A DNA stretch of 64,000 nucleotides, taken from the NCBI RefSeq assembly GCF_004010195.1, contig NC_057718.1, forward strand, positions 39,165,143 through 39,229,142, given 5' to 3'. Positions within the stretch are counted from its first letter, which is position 1, and each line of letters starts with the position of its first letter. The stretch is from Chiloscyllium plagiosum (lineage: Eukaryota). Made by a program: the position numbers and the translations under genes. This document shows, one piece after another, positions 1 through 13,580 of the stretch. A model generated the notes under the pieces. That model was not told the origin of the DNA, did no database searches, and saw only the letters and a list, made by a program, of their open reading frames with translations.

Positions 1-960
1 ATGGGATTAACCGGGATGTGATGCCCCTCCAAGGTGAACAGCATTTTGCCATTCCATAACCTGTCTAATAATGAATTATCAAAGTACTGGAGGATGACTG
101 GCACTTAGCGAACAATGGAGTTGATTGTGCAGTCTTTTAAATCTTACCTATTTATATCAGTAAGGAGTCAATTACTTTAGAAGCGAGGGGAAGAGCAGAT
201 AATCAGCAAAAATCAGAAAGCATTGTAGTGATGTTTTGTGTAAATTTAAGTACAGAACTACAGTACTGTCCTATTTTCATAGAACCATAGAATCCCTACA
301 GTGTTGAAGCAGACTATTCGACCCTTCGAGTCCATACTAACCATCTGCTTTCCCTACGTTGTTTGTATTATTGAAGAAACTTGATTTTAATTATTAAAAG
401 TACATTTAATGCAATGATACTCCTAACAACACAATAGTTGTGCCATTTTCTCTCACTCAGGTTGGGCTTAAGTTTTTTAAATAATTAAAACATTGTTGCT
501 AATTAATCACTTATTTACCTTATAGTTTAAGTAAAAAAAGATCATGCATTTTCTCTATAATTAACATACTCCTCTGAACATTGTAAATTTTAAAATCAAT
601 GACACTTTTCCTTCTGTTTCTATACATAGCTTCACTGTAAAGGCAATGTAAATTAGATAATAATTATATGATGCAAGGAATTCTCCTGGATCAATTGTTG
701 TTGAGACATCATAGTGACTGTCCTCATATTGTTCATTATCAAGTCAGTTCAAGTATCTCCAAGGATTCAGCTAATTTTATGAAATCGATTGCTTCACTGT
801 TTTTCTGATGTGGTTAATCCTGTCTATCAAAAGGAAACAGGAAAATCCTCACCATTAGAGAAACAATATGCAATTGAAACTGTGACTATAGATGCCAAGA
901 GTCAAGAAAGCTAATGTTATTTTGTCCAATAAAGTGCTGTTTACCACATTTGTAATCTAA

Positions 961-1583
961 TAGAGTCACAGAGCATGGAAACAAACCCTTCGGTCCAACT
1001 AGTTCATGCGGGCCATGTTCCCAAACTAAACTAGTCCCACCAGCCTGCACTTGGCCCATGTCCCTCCAAATCTTTCCTGTTCATGTACTTATCCAAATAT
1101 CTTTTAAATGTTGTAACTGTACCTGCATCCACTATCCTCTCACAGTTCATTCCACACAGGAACCACCCCGTGTAAAAAAAGTTGCTCCTCGTCCTTTTCA
1201 AAACTTTCTCCTCTCATCTTAAAGATATGCCAATTCGTTTTCAACTCCTGCGACCCTAAGGAAAAGACCCTTGCTATTCACTGTACCTATGCCCCTAATG
1301 ATTTTATAAACCTCTATAAGGCCACTCCTCAACCTGCTATGCTCTGATGACAGAAGTCCCAGTCTATTCATCCTACTTGCTTTTATCACAAACCCTCTAT
1401 TCCCGGCAACAACCGATAAATCTTTTCTGAACCCTCTCCACTTTATCCTTCCTATAGTAGGGTGACCAGAACTGCACACAGCACTGCAGAAGAGGACTCA
1501 CCAATGTTCTGTACAACCTCAACATGGGCATCACAACTCCTATACTCAAAGCAATGAAGGCAAGCACGCTAATCGCCTCCTTA
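961..1583 (-). mobile_element. CR1-clade LINE 3' fragment, interrupted by the L1 insertion and resuming at ~7819-7860
   Basis: Minus ORFs give CR1 C-terminal motifs (LRLYRTLVSPLLQCCVQFWSPYY, LIEVYKIIRG). The typical CR1 3' tail lies at ~961-1060, and CR1 sequence continues on the far side of the L1. Confidence 0.9.
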
Positions 1584-1851
1584 CATATATTTATTAGCAA
1601 AAAAACCTTTTTTTTGACATTACAAAAATATAAAGTTATAGAAAATATAACAAATACCAGTATAATTTTAAAAAATGCAAATTACAACTACCGTCTACCA
1701 ACTACTAACCTATCCTATAAAACAAAACAAAACCAAACACTGTGCAAAACAACGCCAAAATAAGTGACTAAAAAGAACACACAAGAACACAAAATAAACA
1801 AATAACAATGCTTGGCACAGAGCTCCCAAACAAAAAACGGGAGTGTTGTAT

Positions 1852-2166
1852 ATTAGATTAGATTAGATTATTTACAGTGTTGAAACAGGCCCTTCGGCCC
1901 AACAAGTCCACACCGCCCCGCCGAAGCGCAACCCACCCATACCCCCTACATTTACCTTTTATCTAACACTACGGGCAATTTAGCATGGCCAATTCACCTG
2001 ACACATCTTTGGACTGTGGGAGGAAACCGGAGCACCCGGAGGAAACCCACGCAGACATGGGGAGAATGTGCAAACTCCACACAATCAGTCGCCTGAGGCG
2101 GGAATTGAACCCAGGTCTCTGGAGTTGTGAGGCAGCAGTGCTAACCACTGTGCCACCATGCCGCCC
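1852..2166 (-). mobile_element. HE1-type tRNA-derived V-SINE inserted in the L1 3' UTR
   Basis: A box TGGCACAGTGGTTAGC, B box GGTTCAATTCCC, V-domain GGGTTTCCTCCGGGTGCTCCGGTTTCCTCCCAC, CR1-like tail ending in (TCTAA)n. Confidence 0.92.
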
Positions 2167-2237
2167 ATATATATACCCATATTAACCCAGGAGTCCCCCT
2201 TCCATGTCCCAGGGCTCAGCAAACCTAACCATCCTAG

Positions 2238-5200
2238 TTAAATGAATGTCCTGGTTAAGATAGCAGACAAAGCTGTATCTAAATAACTCAAAAAGGGCTG
2301 CCATATATTATTTAAAAAAATGGTCTGTTGGGTGGTGTATCATATTTGTGAAAAAATCCAAGGGAATGTGCTCTATAATTAACTTTCACCAACCCAGCAA
2401 GCCTGGCGGGTTCTCAGACACCCAATTCACCAGAATATTCTTCCGTGCACAGTAAGAATATTGAACAGCTTCTTCTCAAAAGATGGTAAATTATTATCTA
2501 AAGATGATAAATTCGGTAGACCTAGAAAGAGAGGTGTCAGGTCTACTTTAATTCGGTCCTCAATACCCTCCCTATCTCTGCCACCACATCACCCCAATAA
2601 ACAGGGATCCTGTGGCATGTCCAGAAGCATGTCGGTGAGAGTACCGACATTTATTTTACATTTGGGGCACATTGGAGATGCCCCTTTTTAAACTTCACCA
2701 GATGGTTCGGTGCCAAATGAACCCTGTGCAGAACTTTTAACTGCATAGCCTATGTCCTAATACAGATTGAGATTTTTCTCCCATATGTCCTCCCATGTTT
2801 CCGAAGAGATCTCCACTCCTAGCTCTTGCTCCCAGACTTCACAGAGCCGGTTAATATCCTGCCAGGCCCTACCACCCAGTAGGTGATAGAGGGCACTAAC
2901 TGAAAGTGTGCTTGTGGCACTTGGCAACAACTTCTCTGTATCAGGCTTATAGGGTTTAGCGAGAAGCGTAGTCTTCTTCTGGATGAAATCCCTAATCTGA
3001 AAGAAAAAGAAAAGATCTCTCCTGGGCAGCCCATATTTGCGGCTCAATTGCTCGGAAGACGTCATAACCTCCCCCTCAAACAAGTCTCCCAAACTAGAAA
3101 CTCCTCTCGCTGCCCATAGTTTGAACCCTGACTCCATCATCCTTGGTTGAACCCTGGCATACCAACTATGGGGGTGAGGGGCGAAGTCTTGGATAAACAA
3201 CCCTCACTCTGATGCTTCGCCCTCCAAGCCTTGACTGTACTAATCACAATGGGGTTCCAGCAATGGTCCATAACTATTCTCATCTTATCCATGAATAACA
3301 GGTTAATAAGAGGGCACTTTGCCTTTGGAGGCCTTTATATCTAGCCATATTGAGCCTGGATCATTACCTACCCAATCACAGGCAAAGGACAGCAGGGAAC
3401 TCAATTGATACCTCCTCATGTCTGGGAAATCAACTCCTCCCCCTCCGTGAGGCAACTGCAATTTAGTAAGTTTGATGAGGAACCGCCCACAATGCCAAAT
3501 GAAAGAATTAAACCAACCCACAAGCTTCTGCAATGTTGACCTGGGAAACATTATAGGGAGCATACACAAGGGATAAAGCAAACGAGGAAGGACATTCATC
3601 TTAATAAGGGCCATTCGTCCCAAGCACGAAATTGGAAGAGTGTCCCATCTCTGGAGATCCCACCTAATATAGTCGAGCAGGTGAACGAAGTTAGTCCGAA
3701 ATAACCAATCAAACATGGGTAATAAAAATATCTAGGTATCGGAAACGCGTCCTTGACCACTTAAAGGGGAAACTAGGGTCACTTTCAACCTCTAGCACTT
3801 CCTTAAGGTCCCCCCAAAGGCATAGCCTCCAACTTTGCAAAATTTATCTTATATCCTGAAAAAGCCCCAAATTATATCAGATGGGGTACAGAAGTCATTG
3901 TGTCCAATAAAAACAGAAGGACATCATCGGCATACAGTGTAATCTTGTGTACCCTCAATCCCACTTCCGGAGCAGTTATGTGGACGTTCTGACAAATGGC
4001 CTCTGCCAGCGGCTCTATCACCAACATAAACCAACAGCAGTGAGAGGGGGCAGCCTTGACAACTACCCTTGTCAATCCTAAAGTTCCCAGACTTCACCCC
4101 GTTGGTGATGACCACAGCCTGAGGTTGGTGATAAAGCCTCCACCCACCTAGCAAAGACCCCACCCAACCCAAACCGATCAAAGACATAAAAGAGATCGGG
4201 CCATTCCACCTGGTCAAATCTAAGGAAATCACTAACCCCTGAATCAATCATTGCTGACAAGCTTGGACCATATTCAGCAACCTTCTAATATTATTAGAGG
4301 ACCTATGGCCCCTTATAAAACTTGTTTGGTCCTCTTTGACAATATTGGGCAACACCTTCTCCAAGCTCAGCGCCAAAATCTTAGACAGAATCTTAAAATC
4401 TGAACTTAATAGAGAGATGGGCCTGTATGAGGTACAATCCTCAGGAACCTTCCACTTCTTAAGAATTAAGAAAATACTAGCTTCTCTCAAAGACAGTGGT
4501 GGGCATTCATGCATATAGGAGTGATTGTACATTTCTAGCATTGACCCTGACAGAATCTCTATAAATTCCTTATAAAACTCACCCAGGAGACTATCAGGGT
4601 TAGGCACTATCCCACTTTGAAGTTGCCTAACTGCCCCCTGTATTTGCTGAACTATCAGGGGAGCATTGAGGAGAGAGGCCTGTTCCAAGGTTACCCCCAG
4701 GAGGTCCCAGCCCTTAAAAATGATTTCCATCTTGACCCACCCATCCTAGCAACCTTCAGACCAATACCATTCAGAGTAAAAACTCTGAAAAGCCTCATTA
4801 ATCCTTTTGGCATTGTATGTAAGGACCCTGGCGCTATCTCTAACTGCAGTAATGGATTGGGGAGAACGCTTTTTCCTCGTCAGATACACTAACTTCTTCC
4901 CTGGCCTATCCTCATACTCAAACAATGTTTGTCTTGCAAAAGCAAGTTCTTTCTTTGCAGTTTGTGTAAGTACTGAATTCAGAGCAGCCCGGAGGGCTGT
5001 GATCCTCTGTAGCTTGGTCACCGAAGGCCTCGCAAAATGTGCCGCCTCAGTGGCTCTCGAGTAGATGCTGCTGTTCCTCCTTCTGTCGTTTCCGGCTAGC
5101 CGAATAGGAAATAGCAAGGGCCTTCGCGGTCTCCCATAGCATAGACAGACTTCTAGCCATGCCTGAGTTGATAGTCAACGGAAACTCCCTCAAAAAGTAT

Positions 5201-6227
5201 TCCACGTATTTGGAATCCTTGAGGAGAAAAGGATCCTAACCCTCACTCTTGGCCTTAACCTCTAAATAGACCACCGTGTGATCAGAGATAGCTATATTCC
5301 CAATTTTACAACCCAGTATCGAATTCAGAAGGGCCAAGGGAGCCAGAAAAAGATCAATCCTCGTGTGATATTTATGCAGCTTTGAAAAAAAGGTGAAGTC
5401 CCTGCTGGTAGGGTGAAGACATCTCCTAATTAGTGGGTGGCACGGTGGCACAGTGGTTAGCACTGCTGCCTCACAGCGCCAGAGACCCGGGTTCAATTCC
5501 CAACTCAGGCGACTGANNNNNNNNNNNNNNNNNNNNNNNTGCAGGTCAGGTGAATTGGCCATGCTAAATTGCCCGTAGTGTTAGGTAAAGGGGTGAATGT
5601 AGGGTAATGGGTGGGTTGCGCTTCGGCGGGTCGGTGTGGATCTGTTGGGCTGAAGGGCCGGTTTCCACACTGTAAGTAAACTAATCTAATCTAATGTCCA
5701 CCAGCCCCAACTCCTCGCATAAGTCAGTCACCTGCTTGGCCTGCGAAGAAATAGTTGGGGGCCCACTAGGCATCCTGCCCACTGTCAGATCCAAAAGGCA
5801 ATTGAAATTCCCCCATCACAATGTGCCATATTTCTAAAGGCACTCAGCTTAGAGAAGGCACTAATCAAAACTTTGAGGGGATGTGCCGGGGGACAGTAGA
5901 CATTTAAGATGCCTTCCCATGTATCAGGGCCTTAAGTATCACAAACTGCGTTTGCTCATCTTTTACCTGCTCTAATAATGTAAATGGAAGATTTTTCTGG
6001 ATCAGTATAGCCATTCTCCTACTTATAGGAGTAAAGGATGAAAAGAATACCTGGTCATAAGCCCCCCGTTGTAACTTCAGGTGTTCCCCATCGTCAAAAT
6101 AGGTTTCTTGCAACAGGGCGATATCAACCCTTTCCTTCTTAAGGCTACAAAGCACTTTTTGCCTTTTAACAGGCGAATGACTTCCCTCCATGTTCCAGGT
6201 GCACCATTTAACAAGACACTTAGCCAT
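2238..6227 (-). pseudogene. L1 ORF2 (APE endonuclease, RT, C-terminal Cys motif), frameshifted
   Basis: Motifs: MAKCLVKWCTWNMEGSHSPVKR..DIALLQET (APE), HTRIDLFL/ISDH, SYRPISLLSSDFKILSKILA, QGCPLS, ITLYADDVLLFL, LIKMNVLPRLLY, CPKC..CFWTC and IWQPFLSYL. Many stops and frameshifts. Confidence 0.9.
5431..5695 (+). mobile_element. HE1-type SINE inserted in the L1 ORF2 endonuclease region (contains an N gap)
   Basis: Same A/B boxes and (CTAAT)n tail as the 1852 copy. A short CTAAT flanks both sides. Confidence 0.9.
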
Positions 6228-6829
6228 ATCCCCTTTCAGAGACTCTTGAATCCCCAGGAGGGAAAACCCTGCTTGCAATGCAAAGAGCACAAGGAAATGG
6301 AGACTCAGAGTTGTACAATTGTGTATACAAAAACTACTCTAACATAACTACAAACAATTATTGCTACCAAAAAACTACAAAGAAAACCAAATGTAAAACC
6401 TTGAATGGAGCACTTTTCCCTCTGTTGATAGGGTGCACTCACCCTACCCATCTCCCCCTTCACAGCTCCCTCAAGCCCAGACTGTGCCCCAGACTTAGAC
6501 AAAAATAAATAAATTAACAAGGAGATCATTCTTAAATCAACAAGAGAAGACAAAGTCAGGATAATCATTCCGCCCATCCCTGGCTAAATGTCAACCCCAA
6601 GTATGACTAAAAGAGAAAAAGAACAAAACAAAAGAGGAGAACAGAAAAGGGCATCCCATAAAATTTCCCATGATAAAATACACTTATAAAAATATAATAG
6701 GAACAACATATTCCAAGATTTTTTTTATGAAAAAGAAAATTATTAGGGAGAGAGGAAAAAGGGAAAAGGGAAAACACAGGAAAAGAAGGAAAAAAGGACA
6801 AGCATTAACCATATTCTTCAGACCAGTCA

Positions 6830-7653
6830 GACTATTTTCAAGTGTCCACAAAGTTCTTGGCTTTATCTGCCAAGTGAAACGTATAAGCTGGATCCTCATG
6901 GCTGAAACGGAGCACTGTCAGGTACCTCATGGAGAACTGGCCACTGCTGAACTTCAGCAAAGGACTTCCTCTTTGGAATTACAGATGCCAAAAAAATCCA
7001 AAAAAACATAACTTTTGACCTCTTGTACAGCAGTGCCTTTCCCCAGTGATCTGGAGGCTTCTATCACTCTTTGCTTGTCCCTGTATGTGTGGAAGTGCAC
7101 TAGGACCAGATGGGGGCACTGTACCGGCCCAGACCTGCATCACGCCACCCGACAGGCCCTTCCAATCTGCAGCCAGCCAAACTCGATTTGAAGGCCCAGG
7201 AATTTTGGCAGCCAGCATTCCAAGAAGCTGACTGGCTACCCATCTTCTTCACCTTCCAGGAGCCCGACAATCCATAGATTCGTCCTCTGACCTCGATTTT
7301 CGAGGTCATCAACTTGATCTTGAAAGGCCTGTGCTTGCTGTTCCAGGGCCTGGATCTGTCTGGATGAGGACTCCATCTCCGCTTCCAAGATCGTGGTTTG
7401 ACCTCCACCTCCTCTATCCGTGCCTCGAGGCTCTGGAGATCCCGTTCATGCTTTTGCAGCATGGGTTGGATCTGGGCACGGATCTCCTCGATCGCAGCCT
7501 CAACCTTCACAGTAAGTCTCACCATCGGCGCCGCCAATTCCTGCGGATCAGTTACGTCCCTCGGGGGTTCAGGAGAGGCTGCTACTGCGTGCCCGATGCT
7601 GCAGGGCAGTGTCCTCCCTGCTGCTGTTTGCTCACTCCCTTTCCCTTTGGCAT
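6830..7653 (-). pseudogene. L1 ORF1 (coiled coil plus RRM/CTD), frameshifted
   Basis: Coiled-coil segment (KVEAAIEEIRAQIQPMLQKHERDLQSLEARIEEVE) followed in another frame by DDLENRGQRTNLWIVGLLEGEE. It sits upstream of ORF2. Confidence 0.8.
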
Positions 7654-9681
7654 CCTTGCCACTCCTAAATATTAACAAATATGTGTTCCCAAGGCTTCAA
7701 ATGAATAACTCTCTCATAGAATGGCAAGGGAATGGCAAAAGAACACCAATATGCCTTGGCTGTTAGGCAGAGCCATCCACAGCAGTTCTACAGAATCACT
7801 GCCATCTTGCTGAGTCCACTAATCGCTTTCTTAATCACTCTGTCTACCTGTGACAAAATTAAGCCCCAGGTCTCTCTCTATTTGACAACACTACCCAGTA
7901 TAATGGTATAAGTCTGTAGAAATGACTGCATTTTGTGAAGTGCAAATGTACTTTATAAATAAAAAATGAAGTCCCTGAATAAATGCAGCATTTTTCGATG
8001 TTCTTTTTCCAATAAGGATAAACAAATTAATTTGCTATGTACCGAACATATGTAAAACCTCAACCTTTGTTGTGCAATTATCTTTTAACATCCATATCAT
8101 TGTTTAGATAAAAATACTTGAAATCTCAGCTATGGACAAACATTGCTAGAACTATAGATAAACTGATATTCAAAAAAGAAAATTAGGTTACTATATTGGT
8201 TTACATCTGGCATTTAAGTCCAGCTAAAACACTAACCTATTTATCTAATGTGAGGTGTTCATTTTTAGCTTTTTCAGTTATAAGCAGCACTCAGCGATTA
8301 GAGTCTTTCTGAAAGAATACTGTGGTCATGGAAAGCAACAAACATTAACTCTACTGAAACAGGCTACTATTTACAGCTAATACGCAGAAATTGTTGGAAA
8401 TATTCAACTGGTAAGGCTCTGACACTTAAGAGAAAAGCAAAGTAGTGTGAATGGGCCTGAATGATGTGGGCAATGGCAGGTCAGTTGGTAAAATATAGCG
8501 AGATGAGATCCTCAACTGTCTAATTTTCCACTCAAGCTTTTAACAGCAAGACAGGAATCTCACTCGAAAGCGAAGTGAGGACTATTTGCATGCACTTACA
8601 CTTCACTGTTATCTAATCTCACCTCATTTATGTGCAATTTACTATTCTCCCACGTGTTGGAAAGAAACTAGACTGCAACAATTCCCAACACTTTTCTGGG
8701 CCTTCATTTCCTAACATCTCAGAACTTGGGTAGCCACCAACTGTAATGTTAAAGAGATTGCCATTGGAAAAACTGCCTTACTACATCCTCATGGCACATC
8801 TCCAACTCACTTTGAAAGGTGTTGTTGCCACTCCAAGGTACAGTATGAAAATGGCAAACTATTATTAAGTGCGTTGGACATATCTATGAAGATGTGGTGA
8901 ATCCATGACAAAGTCAATGTCAACCTCCATTCCCTTAGTGCTTATTCAGTTTGTGCTTACTTGGATGCTCCCAGCATCTTTGTCTTGACTTTTTACTCTT
9001 TGCCAACTCATTCAAAACTTACAACCTCACAGAACTTCCGTCTGTGCCTTTCAGCAAAGACACAAAGCCAGGTAGCTTACCTTCCACTGTTAACTTACCA
9101 CTGCCAATGTGCTTACATCAATATTTGGATAGACTTCAAAAATGCAGGAATTTGATTAAAATATTCAAACAGGAGTCAACTGCTACCAGGTTACACTATT
9201 GCATCCCCTGGTCATCCCTTGTCAATCAGTGTTGACACTGCCACTTCCTCAACAGATGCAAATTACAAGCAATATAGTAGCCGTATTTAAAAAGATCAAT
9301 AGTTACATCAAGTGAAAGTTGTAATTGGGACTGTACTCAACTTTTTTCATGTTTTTTTCTTTAAGATTCTTTTAATTCATTTTTTTTGCTCTGCAGAGCA
9401 ATGTCAATAAACTTAAATGGCATTAGAATTTGTTAAATGGGAATGATGCAGGCAATTTTGAAAAGGAGGTGAACAGTGCCTGATGAGAGGCAATCTAAAT
9501 CCCAGAGACATGGGCCAGATTTACATGAAGTTAGGAAGAATCTGTGGACCCTTAAAAATGGCAAGATGGATAGAGATGTGGAAGTTCTGTCCTCAGTTCT
9601 GAGAGATCCCATTTTTTGGGGGCAGGAGGGAGAGAATTGCATCATACTGACTGGAACCTGAAATCAGGAAGGCCATTTGAA

Positions 9682-9897
9682 TCAAGCAAGAATAGAAATT
9701 CCTGAAGGAACTCAGCAGGTCTGCCAACATCTGTGGAGAGAAAACAGACTTACTGTTTCAAAAAAGGGTCACTGGATTTGAAACGTTAATTTTGTTTTCT
9801 CTCCACAGATGTTGCCAGACCTGCTGAGTTTCTCCAGTAATTCCTATATTTATTTGTTTTAGATCATCAGCACCTACAGATCTTTATTTTGTTTTCG
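9682..9897 (+). mobile_element. Penelope-derived fold-back element (family B) with a degenerate hammerhead motif
   Basis: Inverted arms AACTCAGCAGGTCTGCCAACATCTGTGGAGAGAAAACA / TGTTTTCTCTCCACAGATGTTGCCAGACCTGCTGAGTT. Centre GGGTCACTGGATTTGAAACGTT. TSD GGCCATTTGAA at 9671-9681 and 9898-9908. Confidence 0.8.
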
Positions 9898-10479
9898 GGC
9901 CATTTGAAATATGTGCTGAGCTCAAATCTCATTTCGGTCTTAACATGCTCTGTGAAAGTCATAAATTTGATAGGGTAAACTTAAACACAGTTGAAGGCTG
10001 TTAAACTCTTTATAAGGATCATCATCTTAAGTTTTAAACATCCCCAACCCTTTAAATATGGAAAAATGGCAGAAACTGCGAGGTAAACCTAAACAATACA
10101 CTGTGCTGGATGGCTTTGATTAACAGGCCATCTGCCTTAGGCTAGGAAAGAAATATTACCATCCCTTCCTGCGGTTACAATAGAGTTTTTTGATCACATT
10201 TTCCATTAGCTGGTATTACAGCTGGGGTCATTAGGACTTGAAAAGGTTTCATAAGCTAAAAAACAGTTATCTTAGCATTGGTGGTGGTGGGGGTTGGGGG
10301 TGACTGCTGAGTTCACAGTTGAAATAAGCTATTAAAGGATTATCCATATTTTAAGTGGTTACTGAATAGGGCTTGTTTATATAACAGATTGAATAGCCCA
10401 AGGGATTCAGAATCTTTGACAGGATGTGATAATGGGAATTTTTCAGTATAAATTGTGAATGACTGAGTCCTGCATTCCA

Positions 10480-10690
10480 TCAATAGAATTTTCCTTCTCA
10501 TCTCCACATTGCTCCTGGGGTCTTTTCATGGTGTTTACGAGATTAAGTATCATCACTGTGGGTGTACCTGCACCAATGACTGCAGCTGTTCATAAAGGCA
10601 GCTCAACATCCCCTTCTCAATGGTGACAAGACACAGGTAATAAAAATCTAATTTAACCAGTGACACTGACATCCCATGAATGAATATAAA
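10480..10690 (+). mobile_element. 3' end of a second shark LINE family (CR1/L2 group)
   Basis: AAGGCAGCTCA..CTTCTCAA..ATCCCATGAATGAAT tail. The same tail recurs at ~26280-26480, 39160-39490, 43010-43160 and 47925-47990. Confidence 0.6.
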
Positions 10691-12589
10691 CAATGTAGCT
10701 ATGTAGGCTGGATGGGGTTAAGAGGCTGTACAGTGTGGATCAGTGTGGGTGGGAGAGCAACGAGTTAGCACAGAAGGGCCATGGGATGTGGATACGGTAC
10801 AAGGGAGTTGAGAGACTGATAGCCCAATAGCTCTTTTAAGAACTGAAGGATGACGCTCAAGAATTGAAGTGAGCCCTCTAACCAGCCGAGCTTCGCACTC
10901 TCCCATCTTCATGGCTGCTTACGATTTGCTTATGGAGCTAACAGACTCGATTTATACTGTCCTCACTTCTCTAAAGAAAGAATTGTGGGCTCTTTAAATT
11001 AAGAAGGAACAGCTAAATTGGGAAGTTTCCTGACTCAAGCTATCTGCTGCATAGTGAGAATCCTTCCTGTAGGTCATGTAAAAAAGAGATAGTGCCTGCA
11101 TCTATAGAGATGCTTACCTAAAGTCCCAGTGTGATTGGACAATAGCAGTGTCCCTCTGAGAGCAACAGTAGCAGGGTGGCTTGAACAAAGATTAAGGGTT
11201 CTGATGGCCTTCATTGCACGATATGTTCTTAACAGGTGAAAGGCCCGAAACCTATCAGAGGTGCATTTAGTTAGTTACATATGATACTCTGGGAAAGTGA
11301 ACATGGCACTGCCCAGAACTGCTTTCAGGATCTAAAAGAGGCAGTAGTACTGTCTACTGGTAGGAATTTAATAGACTATAGATTTGGTAGATCCATAATC
11401 TGGGCAGATTGAAATTCCATTCTCAGGAATTTTTTAAACATTATATTTTAAATATTTGTACTCCAGTTTCTGTCCTTTTATTTCACCCATTCTCTCCTGT
11501 TACCTATTGCTTTCAATTCTAGAAGTCCTGAACTGGAAGAGTGAGCAGAATGACATTCCTAATGCTGCTTTGCTAATTGTAAAACATTTATGACACGGAA
11601 GAGTGGATACAGATGAGCATTTTCCATGGTTGAGAATTTTCTCTTCCTTCCTTGTAAGCGCTGTACCAAAGCTCAACAAAGTTTATTACATGCTGACAAG
11701 TAGAACAACTGACTTGGCCCATAAGTACCAGCACCAGTGCTATATAAAACCTTTCCAGTTTATCCAAATCTGGATATTTTTAAATATCATGGATATTTCT
11801 GAATTATCTCCGGATCTCCTCCATATTTTGTTTTCATCATGTTTTTACAGGTGGAGAAGGGTACATTTTCACCGCAGATGTAAAGAACAAGTACATTATG
11901 TCAACTGTGTAACATGGAGATGCAAGTTTACTTGCACAGATTTGAAAATAATTGAAATGTACTTATATTACTTGGTGAGATTATTAACTATTACTATTAA
12001 CTAAAGTTATCACTAAAATGTTTCCAGAATTAAGTAAAATAAAGCATATTCTAATGAACAATTTGATCAATTCCATTATTTTCAAATGGTGTTCTAAGCA
12101 TTTACTGAGACCCATTAGCGGAGAATAAATGTTAGAAAACTACACCTATTTATACAATATATGACACAATAAGACATTTGATGCAAATTTTGGATGCAAT
12201 GATTATGGACAATGTGATACTTGCAGGACTGGAAGTCTGCATAGAAATAAAACAAAAGATACATTCCATACTAACTCAAAAGCAAGATGTATTTCAAAAG
12301 GGGTTTTCCATTTTAGGTTATAGAAATTGTTCTGCAAATGATATATTAAATCCAAATCAAGATTAAGATTTACAATGCTTTTTAGTTTAAATTGCAGTTT
12401 CTGAACTAATTTCCAGGAGAAGGTATTATTGGTAAGGCTTCACTGAAAAACCCATGGATCTCATCTTTAAAAATACAAGGCACTAATTTCATTTCAAGAC
12501 CAATACCCTCAGGTCAGGTTCCAGCTACATATAGTCTGATGCCTGACACAATTTTTAACAAGCTGACAAATTAGAAATAAGGGCACTTC

Positions 12590-13570
12590 AATGAGGGGTG
12601 GCAGACGTGGGGAGTAGGCAGTGTACAGCAGTAAGACAATCGTGATTTAAAGGTGAACCAGCAGCCATTATTGTGGTTGCACATTAGTGGGGAACAGGAG
12701 GAGAAGGAGAATAGTTGGTCAAAGGGATAAAGACACTTTAAAGGGCAGCCTGGTGAATCATTGATGCTTTTCTTGAGGCTCTTTTGGAGGCAGTGACATG
12801 CCATTCTATTCCCGGAGAGCATTTAGAGAAAACAAACTGGCCATACCTAGCGGATCTAGCTGGAGGCAATGAGTGGCGGCAATATAATGAGAAGGACCTG
12901 GAAAATGCATTATTACTGTTTCGCTAACCTTCTGTGGACTGACAAGATGAGTGCAGGCTCTCAGGTCTGCAGTCATATGCTTACACATGAGACAAGCAGC
13001 CTGAGGGTGTATAATGCCATAGACCAGTCATGCATTAAGAGCATTAGAGAGCCATCAGTGAATCTCTCTCACATCAGGAGGAGAAGTGTAGGGGGCACAA
13101 TATCACGTGTCAGTATAGCTGTGAATGGTGAAGGTGGGCATTATGATCCTAAATTTCTCCATCCTGAACTTTGAAATGAAAAGAGTACAGGATGCACAAG
13201 AAAGAGGTCAGTCAAATGCAGGAGTACCAAACCTCACCAAGCTGACAGCCATGGAGAGGCCTCTCCTTAATGTGGTCAGGATGAAAGCTGAGAGAAAATG
13301 AGTGATGGGAAAATGAGAATTTGTGCAAAAAAGTTTGAAAAAAACTAAAAATATCAGGAGTTGGGAATGGAGCTCCCTCTTCTCTCGTTTCTTTCAAATA
13401 AAGTATTGATTCCAATGACTTGCTTCAGCTCTGCAGGACCAGATGCTGACAGATTTGATCGTTTTATTCATTTCCACCTCCTTATGACTCCACAGGGATA
13501 GATGTGGAGTGGGAGTGAAGGCATGCCAGGGAACATCTTTACTGACATCTAAAGAGAAGGAATAAGCAAT
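12590..13570 (+). mobile_element. Ancient Harbinger-like DNA transposon relic with a Myb/SANT ORF remnant
   Basis: The 12770-12946 translation (EALLEAV..ILFP..MSGGNIMRRTWKMHYYCFANLLWTDK) resembles the Harbinger/MSANTD Myb motif RRTWQQCRKRFNDL. Boundaries are uncertain. Confidence 0.5.
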
Positions 13571-13580
13571 TAATGGCAGT

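Larger units (their letters stand above)
1584..7818 (-). mobile_element. Near-full-length, decayed LINE-1 (L1 clade) retrotransposon, ~6.2 kb including two SINE insertions
   Basis: ORF1 and ORF2 remnants are in the expected order. A 15-bp TSD flanks the element: CTAATCGCCTCCTTA (1569-1583) and CTAATCGCTTTCTTA (7819-7833). AATAAA lies at the 3' end. Confidence 0.92.

Noticed and set aside
2095-2166. tRNA gene
   Set aside because: It is the tRNA-derived head of an HE1 SINE, continuous with the V-domain and tail. The same applies at 5435 and 28920-28992.
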